Below, piece by piece: positions 47,901-57,358 of a stretch of DNA of 64,000 nucleotides. The stretch's first letter is position 1. The number at the start of each line of letters is the position of its first letter. Both the position numbers and the translations under genes were made by a program. The notes below the pieces were generated by a model, which did no database searches, was not told the DNA's origin, and saw only the letters and a program-made list of their open reading frames with translations. Source of the DNA: a virus (Duplodnaviria > Caudoviricetes); the IMG/VR virus record IMGVR_UViG_3300033070_001537, positions 2,296 through 66,295 of that record; one strand, given 5' to 3'.

Positions 47901-49759
47901 AGCTTCAGCAGGACTACCAGATCCGCGAGCTCATCGCCCAGGGCCGGACGGAAGAGGCCGAGAACCTCGCGTTCGTCGCCGCGCAGCAAGAGGAGTACAA
48001 TACCAAGCTGAAGGAGGGAGCAACGGCGGCAACGCTGGCGTCGTTGTCGTCTGCGCAGCTGGCAGAAGCGATGCGCCGCAACATCGAAAAGACGGAGGAG
48101 ATGCGCCGCACGCTGTTCGATCTCACCAACGGTGCGCAGGCGTTCACCGATCCGCGCGGCGCCAGCGAAGCCTCGTTCATCGAATCCCAGAACCGCCGGA
48201 TTTGGGACGCCATTCACCGCGGCGCCAACGAGGCAGAGCTCGCAGCCATTCGCTTCTTCAACGCAGCGGAGAAGGCGGCGCGCGAAGCGCAGATCCTCGA
48301 GAACGACACGCGCACCCGCGAAGGATTGCTGTCGCGCGGTCTCAGCGCCCAAGGCAACGCTCAAGCCGCGGACGACGTGGCGTTCCGTGCGCAGCAACGG
48401 CAGGAGATGGCAGACGCGATCGCGGCGGGCATGTCGCCGTCGAATATCGCGCTCCTCCGCTTCATCCAGTTCTCCGAAGCCTCTGCGCGCCAGATGCAGC
48501 AGGCGATCCAGGACGGCACCAAGGCGATCCAGGACGCGGCGGCGAAGGAGATCAAGGTCGTCAACGATCTCATCGACGCCGTGCAGACAGCGGCGGCTGA
48601 GCAGATCAAGGCCATCGACGAGCAGATCGAGAAGACGCAACTCGAAGCCAAGGCGACGGCGAAGCGGTTCGATGACCAGATCTCCGCGGTGCGAGAAGCC
48701 GCGCAGGCCCAGCTGGCGTCGTTGGATGTGCAGATCGTTTCCGCCCGAGCCGCACTCGATGCGACCAATCAGCAGATTAACCTCCTCGATCGGATCGTCC
48801 AGACCAACCAGAAAGTCGTCGATGCGCTGACATCGTTCGCCGACAGCCTGAAGATGGGTGAGCTGTCGACGCTGTCGCCTGAGCAGAAGTACGCCGAGGC
48901 CCGCTCGAGATTTAACGCTCTCGCAGGCTCTGCCGCAGGCGGGAACGCCGATGCTGCCACAGCCTTGCCGGACGCGGCCAATACGCTCCTGCAAGCGTCT
49001 CGCGCATTCTTCGCATCGACGCAAGGCTACGTGTCGGACTACAACACGGTCCAGGACACGGTCGATCAGTTGACCAAACAGTACGGCAAGACGTTGCCCG
49101 TGGACATCCAGACGCTCGAGGCAGCGAAGCAGACTGTCATTGGGTTGCAGACGTCTATCGATGTCCTCAACAAGCAACGGGACGCGATTCAGGACGCTGC
49201 GGACCGTCAGATCGATGCGTTGCAGACGCTGAAGGACAAGGCGGCGGAGGATGCGCAGCGGGCGCTGGACAAGCTGAACGAGCAGAAGGAACAGATCGGA
49301 CGCGATGCGCAGGCAACGATCGACCGTCTGATCGAGACGCGCACGGCTATCGAGACCGCAGCACAGCAGCAGATCGACGAACTCGTCAAACTCCAGACGG
49401 AGGCGCACCTGACACGGTTGCGCCAGGACGAGTATTGGCAAACGTTCCTTGGGCTGTCGGGACAGTCGGACCCGCTTGGGCCTGGCGGCAACGGGCCTGG
49501 CGGTCCGGCAGAGACGGGCGGCTCGATGTTCGCGGTACCACAGGCGCTGCTCGACACGCAGCGAGAAACGATCGATGTGCTCGGAGCGAAGCTCGACGAG
49601 GTCGAAGAAGCCACGACAGCGGCGGTAACGAAGCTCGACATGTTGATCCGCGTCCTGCAGGAAGGCTTCTCTCGCCTCATCGAAGCCAGTGCCGTCGCGC
49701 AGGCCACGGCCGAACAGTCGCTGACGTATCAGCGGCGCACGTACAACGAAACCACCTAA
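44990..49759 (+). CDS. tape measure protein
   Basis: 1589 aa, Ala/helix-rich; tape-measure domain QLGQAFASGTLRGDELNSILEGMPRLA. Confidence 0.93.
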   Translation: MSDIARFGVVIDTTGARAGQVEFERSVDSIKNKAREGGRAMDSMAESTQKAYAQIKAFAAFAGLTIGVSQLIRYTDSWKQMEGQLRLVTKTSKEAEEVQQKLFKVAQDTRAPLSETIGLYSRMARSTKDLKLTQDELISITKAVNQALVISGSSAASAGGSMLQLGQAFASGTLRGDELNSILEGMPRLAEAIAAGMGRSTGELRKLGSQGKITSEEMAKAILQQSKVLADEYAKMPQTVSQALTQINNAMQQFIGETDKSLGVSNGLVTVLKSLADNFDKLAIGIEIAAVAYGGKFAASFAKASSEYVRQGAVKIAALAAQTSETARLAVGEEIAAHRALAAANANAILAASSAESAITAKAQATALQATAVASGELAVAANAAAVASSRATAAIAATSVAARIGTATVGVFNAVLTALGGWIGIAITAAIVALTALYSWWNKHKIAAQENKKAADELKQSMALLETQMASSLLVIQKNTKANDDLYTLLMTKGITAYEAAKKQQDVVKSATAVWDRYKEGVGRAAKTLGTFTEELAKGNPQAVALNKAMTEEAASSDRLEQGLKRSTKAREDSAAAMKAQKDKAADLAKQFKEEKQASDEAVEAIKREVNGLANLLEAKKGGEDAYARVSLAMQREDEIRAALNKALPNEKQNVVDLVRRKYELLDATDKLNLARKKEADATEAFNEKIRASVQQTADLVSQKLDEAKSYRAEIARQAAQPFENALKGIQTAFSSFFESIMTDGLKSFESLAEGIKRLFVRMMSEIAAQKMGQQLMGSVMMDGYGAPKRDAAGNLMRSGGWMQTAGGGYAAIGVSSALAGYSVGSQTTNKGIGAVGGALAGAGTGAAIGSVVPVIGTAIGAVVGAVVGLVGGLIGSANAAKKSNEALKVSQNQVQSSLEGLRASMSNDKLGQAIAETKKQFDTLREAALQAYAGRKNEGGRAIAIAEINRLEAERIAIIKAEFDAGQKKLQQDYQIRELIAQGRTEEAENLAFVAAQQEEYNTKLKEGATAATLASLSSAQLAEAMRRNIEKTEEMRRTLFDLTNGAQAFTDPRGASEASFIESQNRRIWDAIHRGANEAELAAIRFFNAAEKAAREAQILENDTRTREGLLSRGLSAQGNAQAADDVAFRAQQRQEMADAIAAGMSPSNIALLRFIQFSEASARQMQQAIQDGTKAIQDAAAKEIKVVNDLIDAVQTAAAEQIKAIDEQIEKTQLEAKATAKRFDDQISAVREAAQAQLASLDVQIVSARAALDATNQQINLLDRIVQTNQKVVDALTSFADSLKMGELSTLSPEQKYAEARSRFNALAGSAAGGNADAATALPDAANTLLQASRAFFASTQGYVSDYNTVQDTVDQLTKQYGKTLPVDIQTLEAAKQTVIGLQTSIDVLNKQRDAIQDAADRQIDALQTLKDKAAEDAQRALDKLNEQKEQIGRDAQATIDRLIETRTAIETAAQQQIDELVKLQTEAHLTRLRQDEYWQTFLGLSGQSDPLGPGGNGPGGPAETGGSMFAVPQALLDTQRETIDVLGAKLDEVEEATTAAVTKLDMLIRVLQEGFSRLIEASAVAQATAEQSLTYQRRTYNETT

Positions 49760-49768
49760 GAGGACCCT

Positions 49769-50071
49769 ATGTCGCTCGCTCAGCAGGAGACAGCCTTCCA
49801 GGATTCGGCGCTCGCCGTCCGCATGCACGCGGCCATCCGTCGACATGCGGTATTTCTCGTGACCAAGGCGAGTCCGACCGCCGCAGAGATCGCGTGGCGC
49901 GACGCGATTCTTGGCCTCCAGTACGACGACGTCTCGTTCCTAGGCCGGTGCCGCGCCTTCATGTGCGCGATGCCGTCGATCTACGATGCCGCCGACCTGA
50001 CACCGCAGGTCATCACAGATAACGTGCTCTTGGCCATCGTGCCCGAGCTCCCGCCCGCGATCAAGCCGTAA
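49769..50071 (+). CDS. hypothetical tail-region protein
   Basis: AGAGGA RBS; position. Confidence 0.55.
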   Translation: MSLAQQETAFQDSALAVRMHAAIRRHAVFLVTKASPTAAEIAWRDAILGLQYDDVSFLGRCRAFMCAMPSIYDAADLTPQVITDNVLLAIVPELPPAIKP

Positions 50072-50074
50072 CGT

Positions 50075-51739
50075 ATGGCGCGGATCTGGTTGGCGGAGAT
50101 GACGGTCGGGACGCCCCTCGGGACGACCCGCGTACTTCGTGTCTGTTCGGGAAAAGGGTACACCACGGGCCCGGCAGCCTCTCCCGCCAACACCGAATAC
50201 GATCCGCGCCTCCGCCAGCCCGTCAACATCGCACGGTCGATCTCGTCGCCCGGCGCGACGATCGGACAGTCTAAGATCGCGCTCGGCGCCGTGGTCATTG
50301 CCAACCCCGACGGCGCGCTCGATGCGTGGATGGAGTACAGCTTCGACGGCCGACTGATCGAGATTTACAGCGGGGAAGAGACGGCAGCGTACCCGGCGGG
50401 GTTCACCAAAGAGTTCATCGGGACGATGGACTATCCCGATTTCTCGTTGTCCGCGGTGACGATCAAGCTGCGAGAGACGCAGCGAGAGATGGACGCTCCC
50501 ATCCAGATCCTGCGGTACGGCGGCACCAACGTGCTACCGGCCGGGCTGGACGGCGTTGCCGCGGATCTGAAAGGTAAGGTCATCCCGCTCTTGCTGGGTC
50601 GGGTGCGGAATTTCTCGCCGCCGTGCGTGAACACCTCGCGCCTGATCTACCAGCTAAGTTCACAGGCCGTAGAGACAGTGACTGGCGTCTACGATCAGGG
50701 CGCGGCGCTGACAGCGGGGGCCGCGTACACGAACGTCGCTGACATGGAGGCCAATGCGCCGACGGCGGGCCAGTACCGCTTCCTAAACACGGCGTCCGGA
50801 TCGTACATCCGCCTCGGATCGTCGCCCGTGGATCCGCCTACGGTCGATGCGGAGCAGGCGAGCAGCACACCGGCCAACGAGACCGCGGCGCAGATCTTTT
50901 CACAGCTGGTCACGCGCGCGGGCGCGAACCTCGGAAACTCGTCACGGTACTCCATCGCCACAGGCGACGTCGCGGCGCTCGATGCGCTGAACAGCGGTGT
51001 GATCGGGCTGTACATCGACACGGAAATGACGTTCCTGCAGGCGTTCGACCAGATCGCCTCAACGGTCGGCGCGTGGTGGGGCGGAAACAACGCGGGAAAG
51101 CTGCGGATCAAGCGCCTGTCGCCGCCGTCGGGGACGCCTGTCCTGTCGATCACGAAACACGACGTGATTCCTCCGTTGGAACGGCTATCGACCAAGGACG
51201 AGAACCGCGGTGTGCCGTTGTATCGCGTGACGTGCCGGTATGCGCAGAATCCGACGGTACAGACCAACAACGTCGCTCTGTCGGTGACAGAGGCGAGACG
51301 GGCAGAGATTGGGCAAGAGTGGCGCGAGGCGACGTACACCGACACGTCCATCCAGTCGCGGTATCTGCTGGCGGACGGGCTCGTGATCGACACGCTGTTC
51401 GCGGAGGAAGCCGATGCGCTGGCGGAGGCGCAACGGCGGCAGATGATGCAGGCGGTGCAGCGTCACCGCTTCGACGTCACCGTGCAGTATGACACGACGT
51501 TTGCCGCTCTCGACCTCGGTGACATCGTCGGCCTGTACCACCCGCGCTTCGGGCTCAACGTGGAAGGGTCGGAGGAAGGCCAGCTCTTCGTGCTCATTGG
51601 CGTAGAACCAAATGCCGAGGACCGGCGCATCACGTTCTCGTTGTGGGGATCGTCGCTGGAGATGCAAAATCGACTCTTCGAAGACGGCGTCACGCGCCTG
51701 TTCGAAGACGGAACCTACCGCCTGACGGAGTCTTCATAG
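50075..51739 (+). CDS. tail tip/hub protein
   Basis: Follows the tape measure gene; KVIPLLLGRVRNFSP..VN...IYQ. Confidence 0.7.
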   Translation: MARIWLAEMTVGTPLGTTRVLRVCSGKGYTTGPAASPANTEYDPRLRQPVNIARSISSPGATIGQSKIALGAVVIANPDGALDAWMEYSFDGRLIEIYSGEETAAYPAGFTKEFIGTMDYPDFSLSAVTIKLRETQREMDAPIQILRYGGTNVLPAGLDGVAADLKGKVIPLLLGRVRNFSPPCVNTSRLIYQLSSQAVETVTGVYDQGAALTAGAAYTNVADMEANAPTAGQYRFLNTASGSYIRLGSSPVDPPTVDAEQASSTPANETAAQIFSQLVTRAGANLGNSSRYSIATGDVAALDALNSGVIGLYIDTEMTFLQAFDQIASTVGAWWGGNNAGKLRIKRLSPPSGTPVLSITKHDVIPPLERLSTKDENRGVPLYRVTCRYAQNPTVQTNNVALSVTEARRAEIGQEWREATYTDTSIQSRYLLADGLVIDTLFAEEADALAEAQRRQMMQAVQRHRFDVTVQYDTTFAALDLGDIVGLYHPRFGLNVEGSEEGQLFVLIGVEPNAEDRRITFSLWGSSLEMQNRLFEDGVTRLFEDGTYRLTESS

Positions 51740-52600
51740 ATGGCTGCACAGAAAGACACGGACCGCCCAGCCGCCAGCGCGGGCAACATCACCAACGCGG
51801 CTCTGTGGGTCATCGTAGATGCGCTAGGCGCCAGTGTGAAGATGACGCTGGCGCAACTCAAAACCTTCTACAATGCCGTGACGTCCATGTCCGGGGACGT
51901 ATCCGCCGTGATCACCGCGGGTGCGGCGGTCACGACGATCGGGGCGCTGAAGGTCGCGACCGGCATGCTCCAGAACCTTGCCGTGACCACGGGAAAGATC
52001 GCAGACGATGCGGTGACGTTCGCCAAGATGCAGAACATCGCAACGTCGCGGCTCCTTGGCCGTTCCACGGCGGCGTCCGGCGACGTCGAAGAAATCAGCC
52101 TTAGCGCCGACCTGACACTGACGGCAGGCGTGCTCGGGCTGGCGGTGACGCCCGGTACGCCTGTCGTCTTGGCCTCAGACGCCACGTCGGGATCCGGCAA
52201 CGCCCTCAGCAATGTAGGCATTGCACTCGCGATCGCTGCGAACACGAAATACTTCTTCGAGTTCTTTATCATCTGGACCTCGAACAGCACCTCGGAAGGC
52301 CCGAAGTTTGCGGTGTCGTGTCCTGCCTCGCCGACATCCATCATGTACACGATCGAACTGGATCCTGACCCGGCGATCAACACCGCGACGCGCCGGACGG
52401 AGACGGTGCAGGCGTCTGACGGCGGTACCGGCGTCACGTCATGCGTGTCGAACACTTCGCTCCACCACGCCAAGATCAGCGGGGTGATCCGCAACGGCGC
52501 CAACGCCGGCAATCTTCAGCTGCGTCACAGCAACACGAACTCGACCACCACTATCACGACGAAGGCAGGCTCGTTCGGCCGACTCGTCACGCTCCCGTAA
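51740..52600 (+). CDS. tail fibre-like protein
   Basis: VTTGKIADDAVTFAKMQNIATSRLLGR repeat typical of fibre shafts. Confidence 0.6.
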   Translation: MAAQKDTDRPAASAGNITNAALWVIVDALGASVKMTLAQLKTFYNAVTSMSGDVSAVITAGAAVTTIGALKVATGMLQNLAVTTGKIADDAVTFAKMQNIATSRLLGRSTAASGDVEEISLSADLTLTAGVLGLAVTPGTPVVLASDATSGSGNALSNVGIALAIAANTKYFFEFFIIWTSNSTSEGPKFAVSCPASPTSIMYTIELDPDPAINTATRRTETVQASDGGTGVTSCVSNTSLHHAKISGVIRNGANAGNLQLRHSNTNSTTTITTKAGSFGRLVTLP

Positions 52601-52603
52601 GCC

Positions 52604-53422
52604 ATGAGAACCGTCTTTGGATGGCCCCTGTACAGCGACGTGAGCGTGTCGTATACGCCTGCGTTCAGCGGCGGATCGTGGAGCGGGTCGCTGCCGCTGA
52701 CGAACTTGCAGAGCCGACGACTGTCGAAGGTCGCGCGGTCGACCAATGCGCTGGCCGCGTCAACGCAATTCGATGTCGACCTCGGTGTGGCGCGCGCCGT
52801 GGGCGTGATCGCCCTGCCGAAGCATAACTTCACCACCGCTGCGACTGTCCGCGTTCGAGGATCGACGGTCAACACCTTTGCGTCCACGGTGTACGACTCC
52901 GGAACCGTGGCGGGCTGGCCCGCCGGCGTGACAGCTGAAGACGCCGCCGGTATCAACATCCCGTTCTGGCTCTGCCCGTCCACGACACAGACGGCGCGGT
53001 ACTGGCGTATCGAGATCACCGATACCGCCAACCCCGCCGGGTACATCGAACTCGGGCGTGTCGTCATCGCCGGAGCGTACACCCCGACCTACGGTCCGAA
53101 CTATTCGGCCGGTACCGGACTCGAGAGCGACACGGTCCGCACCGTGACCGACGGCGGCGGAGCGTTGTACGATGTCCGCCCGATCCGACGCACGGCGCGC
53201 TTCACCCTCGGAGACTTGGCTGAGTCCGAAGTGCTGGGCAACGCCTGGAAGATGCAACGGCTCCTTGGCACGAGTGGGCAGTTCTTCTTCCTGTGGGACG
53301 CCGACGATACAACGTACAAACACGAGCGGTCATTCTTGGCGGTGCTCCGGCAGTTGAGCGCCATCGAATACGTCGGACCCTCGCTGATCGACACCGCCTA
53401 TGAAGTCGTGGAGGAGCTATGA
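52604..53422 (+). CDS. minor tail protein
   Basis: ARYWRIEITDTANPAGYIELGRVVI; galactose-binding-like beta sandwich. Confidence 0.65.
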   Translation: MRTVFGWPLYSDVSVSYTPAFSGGSWSGSLPLTNLQSRRLSKVARSTNALAASTQFDVDLGVARAVGVIALPKHNFTTAATVRVRGSTVNTFASTVYDSGTVAGWPAGVTAEDAAGINIPFWLCPSTTQTARYWRIEITDTANPAGYIELGRVVIAGAYTPTYGPNYSAGTGLESDTVRTVTDGGGALYDVRPIRRTARFTLGDLAESEVLGNAWKMQRLLGTSGQFFFLWDADDTTYKHERSFLAVLRQLSAIEYVGPSLIDTAYEVVEEL

Positions 53423-54003
53423 TCGCGGGGGTTATCTGGGCGGGTACGATGTTGAAAAGCCTGGCGTCTTCCACATCGATGCTGTGGAAGAAGCTGCCTA
53501 CGGACGTGAAGCTGGTGCTCGCTGCCCTTGTGGCGGCGGTCGGGTTGTGGCTCGCTCATTCGCATTCGGTCAGCCAGGCGCGGGCCGAAGGCTTCAAGGA
53601 CGGTAAGGCGTCCGTGCAGCAGGCCGCCGCACGCGAGGTGATCAGGTATCGCTTGAAGGTCGACACGCTGCGCATCAAGACGGACAAGCAAGCGAAGAAG
53701 ACCGAAGCCTCCGTCGATACGGCAGAGAAAGCGATCGCTGACGTGCCACAGGAGATTCGCGATTCCTTTCCCGTCGTCGATCAGGCCTTGCGCTCGTGTT
53801 CGGTTGCCTTGCATGATTGCGATCAATTTCGAGCCGACGTAATGACGGAACGCACGGCGAGAGATTCGATGGATCAAGCCATGGCTGTCGTCATGGCAGC
53901 AAAGAGTGACACGATCGTGTCACTGAAGCGTCGACCCAGTCGGGTCGAAGAAGTCCTCGTCGCCATAGGGGTGGCGGTGATTACGTTCTTCCTCGCACGA
54001 TAG
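53419..54003 (+). CDS. Rz/spanin-like membrane protein
   Basis: N-terminal TM segment, coiled coil, hydrophobic C-terminus. Confidence 0.5.
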   Translation: MIAGVIWAGTMLKSLASSTSMLWKKLPTDVKLVLAALVAAVGLWLAHSHSVSQARAEGFKDGKASVQQAAAREVIRYRLKVDTLRIKTDKQAKKTEASVDTAEKAIADVPQEIRDSFPVVDQALRSCSVALHDCDQFRADVMTERTARDSMDQAMAVVMAAKSDTIVSLKRRPSRVEEVLVAIGVAVITFFLAR

Positions 54004-54013
54004 GAGAATCCGT

Positions 54014-54859
54014 ATGCGAATACCTTCTCTTGCCGTCGGCATGACGATGCTCTTGGCATCGGCCTTGCTGGCGTCATCGAACAGCCCGCCTCCGCCTGAC
54101 CTGCACGACGAGATGCCGTTTGTGGCCGAGGCGCCACTGCCGCCGCCCGTCGTGTCGGCGTCCACGCTCACCGTGGCGTCGCGTGACAGCGTGGGCTTGG
54201 TCGTAGCCTGGAACCGCCGCTGTGCCGGCGCCGTGTGCCCCACGGCGTGGGACGTGTCGGTAACTGAGCGAAAAACCGCGACAACCTCGATGGTCGATCT
54301 CGCCTTCCGGCGCGTCACCACACGGTTGCGCGATACTATTCGACTCGAGCGCGCCGCTTGTCCTCTCACGCAACCTGTCTCCGTCGCACCCGACACCGCG
54401 ATCGTCACGGTTCGAGCCGTCGTCAACGATGCCAGTCGACGGTCCGATCCCGGCATGTACAAGGTGCCGTTGCGATGCGTATCCCTCACAGGAAATGAAC
54501 GAACGCAGGCGCTCGCCCTCGCGGATTCGTACCCAGCGACGGGCAGTCGTACCGTGGTCAGCGAGTGGGGGACCAAGGTGACAACCGGACGACAATCGAT
54601 CATGCGGGTGGAGCAGATGCGGATCGCGCGCACCGCGATCGATTCCGCATGGATCAACCGCATGTTTGACAGTCTGCGCGTGGCACCTGACTCGGTGAAG
54701 TCGAGCGGGTCGTTGACATCGCTTCGCCTGGGGTATCGGTATACCCTGTGCGAACTCAAGAAAAATCGATACACCGGTCAGGTGATGACCGTGACGAAAG
54801 GCGACGAAAGTCGATGTGAGCGCCAGCGTCAGGCGTACCAGTCGGAGCGGAGTGGATAA
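54014..54859 (+). CDS. secreted/exported hypothetical protein
   Basis: Signal-peptide-like MRIPSLAVGMTMLLASALLA, Pro-rich linker, Cys pairs. Confidence 0.6.
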   Translation: MRIPSLAVGMTMLLASALLASSNSPPPPDLHDEMPFVAEAPLPPPVVSASTLTVASRDSVGLVVAWNRRCAGAVCPTAWDVSVTERKTATTSMVDLAFRRVTTRLRDTIRLERAACPLTQPVSVAPDTAIVTVRAVVNDASRRSDPGMYKVPLRCVSLTGNERTQALALADSYPATGSRTVVSEWGTKVTTGRQSIMRVEQMRIARTAIDSAWINRMFDSLRVAPDSVKSSGSLTSLRLGYRYTLCELKKNRYTGQVMTVTKGDESRCERQRQAYQSERSG

Positions 54860-55406
54860 CGCAGTCGACCGGGCCGTCCGGCGCGATACCTGGCGCCGTT
54901 GGTGGGAGCAGGGCGACTGGGATCGCCTTGCTCCCGCCGTCATTTCCCACGTCCGCCCGGTCATAATCAACCTACGGGACGATTTCGATATGGTGGACGA
55001 CATCGCGTCTCGTACCGTGATTCGGTGCTGGGAACAGAAGAGCGTCCCGACCGACCCGGGAGGTTTTGCGGTAACGGTGGCGGCTAATCTCGCCCGAGAT
55101 TACTACAAGACACCGTGGAACCAGAAACATCGAAGGCTGTCGATCGACAGCCTTGATTCAGACAGCGTGCTCGACAACTCGCCCGACCCGTTGCAACATC
55201 TTGTCGACCTTGACACCGAGGCGCACCTGGTGTCGTGCGCCAACCGAGTGCGCCGAAAGATCGGCGCCTTGGCTCCGATGTACCGCAATGTCTTGCGTCT
55301 GCGGTTCATCAAAGGCCTTTCGGTGGCCGAGACCGCCGAACACCTCCACATCACTGAGGGTCTGGTGAAGATGCGGACGGTCCGAGGACGACGGATGGTG
55401 CTGTGA
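54852..55406 (+). CDS. ECF-type RNA polymerase sigma factor
   Basis: DDIASRTVIRCW..FAVTVAANLARDYY (region 2); LAPMYRNVLRLRFIKGLSVAETAEHLHITEGLVKMRTVRGR (region 4). Confidence 0.85.
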   Translation: MDNAVDRAVRRDTWRRWWEQGDWDRLAPAVISHVRPVIINLRDDFDMVDDIASRTVIRCWEQKSVPTDPGGFAVTVAANLARDYYKTPWNQKHRRLSIDSLDSDSVLDNSPDPLQHLVDLDTEAHLVSCANRVRRKIGALAPMYRNVLRLRFIKGLSVAETAEHLHITEGLVKMRTVRGRRMVL

Positions 55407-55633
55407 CAGACAACGACGGGGCGCAGATCCGTATCACCGTGCATGCGAAAGCCCGGAACACGGTCGAGATCCGTGCGCTGGCGCTTCTCGCCTCGGGTCA
55501 GTGGCACCGCCTCGGAACGCTGTGCATGCCGTCAGCTATCTGGTACGGTGTGTGGAGGCGTCTGCTGGTCAAAGGAGCCGAAGCCATTGGCGCGCGGTTG
55601 CACATCGACGAGCGTCGGGCGATACGCCTATAG
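55403..55633 (+). CDS. small hypothetical protein
   Basis: GTGA coupling. Confidence 0.5.
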   Translation: MTDNDGAQIRITVHAKARNTVEIRALALLASGQWHRLGTLCMPSAIWYGVWRRLLVKGAEAIGARLHIDERRAIRL

Positions 55634-55692
55634 AGCGGCCGCGCAAAGCTGCACAGCCGTGGCACCTATTCTAACGTCCGAGGACCCTCATC

Positions 55693-56133
55693 ATGGCGTC
55701 TCAAGTTTCTACCGGCGCGCTCGTCGCGTACCTCGCCGCGCTGGCGTCCGATACGATCAAGATCGGCTTGTTGAAGAACACCTACTCCATCAACCCCGAT
55801 CACAAGTTCGTCTCTGACGTCAATACGCACGAGTGTGGTGTCAGCGGATACACGGGCGGCTTCGGCGGCGCGGGCCGCAAGACGTTGGCGTCCAAGACCA
55901 TTTCCGAAGATACGACCAACAACCGCGCGGTCTTTGACGCCGCTGACCCCGCGACGTGGTCCGCGCTGGCCGCAGGCGAAACGCTGCGGTATGCGTTCGT
56001 CTGCAAGGAAGTCACGAACGACGGCGCGTCGCCGTTGCTCGCCGTCCTGGACTTTGGTGCCGACAAGCCGACCAACGGCAGCGACATCTCCATCCAGATC
56101 AACTCGCTCGGCATCTACTACATCCAGTGTTAG
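55693..56133 (+). CDS. conserved virion/tail-associated protein
   Basis: TIKIGLL..Y...HKFVSDV..E..GYTGG..LASKT..AVFDAAD.TWS. Confidence 0.7.
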   Translation: MASQVSTGALVAYLAALASDTIKIGLLKNTYSINPDHKFVSDVNTHECGVSGYTGGFGGAGRKTLASKTISEDTTNNRAVFDAADPATWSALAAGETLRYAFVCKEVTNDGASPLLAVLDFGADKPTNGSDISIQINSLGIYYIQC

Positions 56134-56145
56134 GAGCACAGACCC

Positions 56146-56391
56146 ATGACTGAGACGCTCGAACTCGGGTCCGTCGTCGTGATCGACGGCAAGGCGTGGA
56201 AGGCTGCCGTCATCGACGGAAACTCTGTCACCGCGGCCCGCGTGGACGCAGACGACAAGACTCACCGCATCTTCTTCGACCTCCGCGAGGTCAAGCCGTT
56301 GGGCGACGGCATGTTCTGCCTGCCCGGGCGCGTGGAGGCGCGCGTGCCACGTGCAGGAGAAATCGGCGTGGCCGTCGCGACGGTGCCATGA
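56146..56391 (+). CDS. small hypothetical protein
   Basis: TAGGAG RBS. Confidence 0.6.
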   Translation: MTETLELGSVVVIDGKAWKAAVIDGNSVTAARVDADDKTHRIFFDLREVKPLGDGMFCLPGRVEARVPRAGEIGVAVATVP

Positions 56392-56873
56392 CCTTGTTCA
56401 TGGCGCTGGAGAAAGGGACCGACCGCCGGCTTCGACAGTCTCTGATACAGAGCGAAGTGGAGCCGGTGGTCGACACCGAGTACCTGCACACCGACGACAC
56501 CTGGGACACGGAACCGGACGAGAGCGAATTCAAGTATGATCCGCTGTCCAAGGCGTTCCTGCCCATCGTTCCGCCCGTGTATGCGCGCACCGTTTTGTCG
56601 AAACGCGAGTTCCGAAACCGCATCGGAGAGGCGTGCCGTCGCGCGATCATCGCCTTGCGTCGCTCCACGGATCCGAACCTTGCCGTCATACGCGACACCC
56701 TGGAAGACATGAAAGAGACGCTGGACGGTGTTCCGAACGTCGACCTTGAGAACAAAGACACGATCAAAGGGATCAATGGGCTTGTGCAGCTCGGACAGAT
56801 GGGCCACATCCCGTTCACGGCGGCCGACGGCGTTCGCGTCCTCACGCCCTCTACCGTTGAGCAGGAGGACTGA
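56388..56873 (+). CDS. tail fibre assembly-like hypothetical protein
   Basis: LSKREFRNRI...VDL..DTIKGINGLVQLG resembles fibre-associated chaperones. Confidence 0.5.
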   Translation: MTLFMALEKGTDRRLRQSLIQSEVEPVVDTEYLHTDDTWDTEPDESEFKYDPLSKAFLPIVPPVYARTVLSKREFRNRIGEACRRAIIALRRSTDPNLAVIRDTLEDMKETLDGVPNVDLENKDTIKGINGLVQLGQMGHIPFTAADGVRVLTPSTVEQED

Positions 56874-57352
56874 TGGCGAATAAGATTCTCACGCTGTTCG
56901 AGACGCTCCAAAAGCCGGCGATCACATTCGGGTCGGTCACCAACGGAGCCGGACGCATTTGTGACGTGATAGACAACACCACGATCCGCGCCAATAGCGG
57001 ACTGGTGTTTGTCCAGATCAAGTCCGGCGCGACAGGGCCCAACAACGGCAGTCAGTACCGGGTCTATCTGGTCCGTCGGTCCGATGACACCACCGGCTCG
57101 CCCAACGACATCTCCGACGACAGCCTCGGGACGGCTGACGCGGCCGTGTCGACGGAGCCGTCTGCCGCAGAGTGCATCGGTGCGATCACTCTGACGAACA
57201 CGGCTAATTTCACGTTCAAGAAAAGTTTCATCATCAGGGATCTCTCGCCGAAATTCAGCATCGTGCTTTGGAATGCCAGCGGACAAACGGTCAGCACGAC
57301 GAGCTCTGATCACGATCTCCAGGTCGTGCTGACCAATCCTGAAGTGCAGTAA
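56873..57352 (+). CDS. hypothetical virion protein
   Basis: TGATG coupling; beta-rich. Confidence 0.6.
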   Translation: MANKILTLFETLQKPAITFGSVTNGAGRICDVIDNTTIRANSGLVFVQIKSGATGPNNGSQYRVYLVRRSDDTTGSPNDISDDSLGTADAAVSTEPSAAECIGAITLTNTANFTFKKSFIIRDLSPKFSIVLWNASGQTVSTTSSDHDLQVVLTNPEVQ

Positions 57353-57358
57353 GGCGCG

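Noticed and set aside
2151-48000. Many long minus-strand ORFs (e.g. 4327-5988, 19227-21047, 22291-23934, 42400-44151, 46247-47755)
   Set aside because: Shadow ORFs antisense to clear + strand genes in high-GC DNA; no motifs, RBS or coupling
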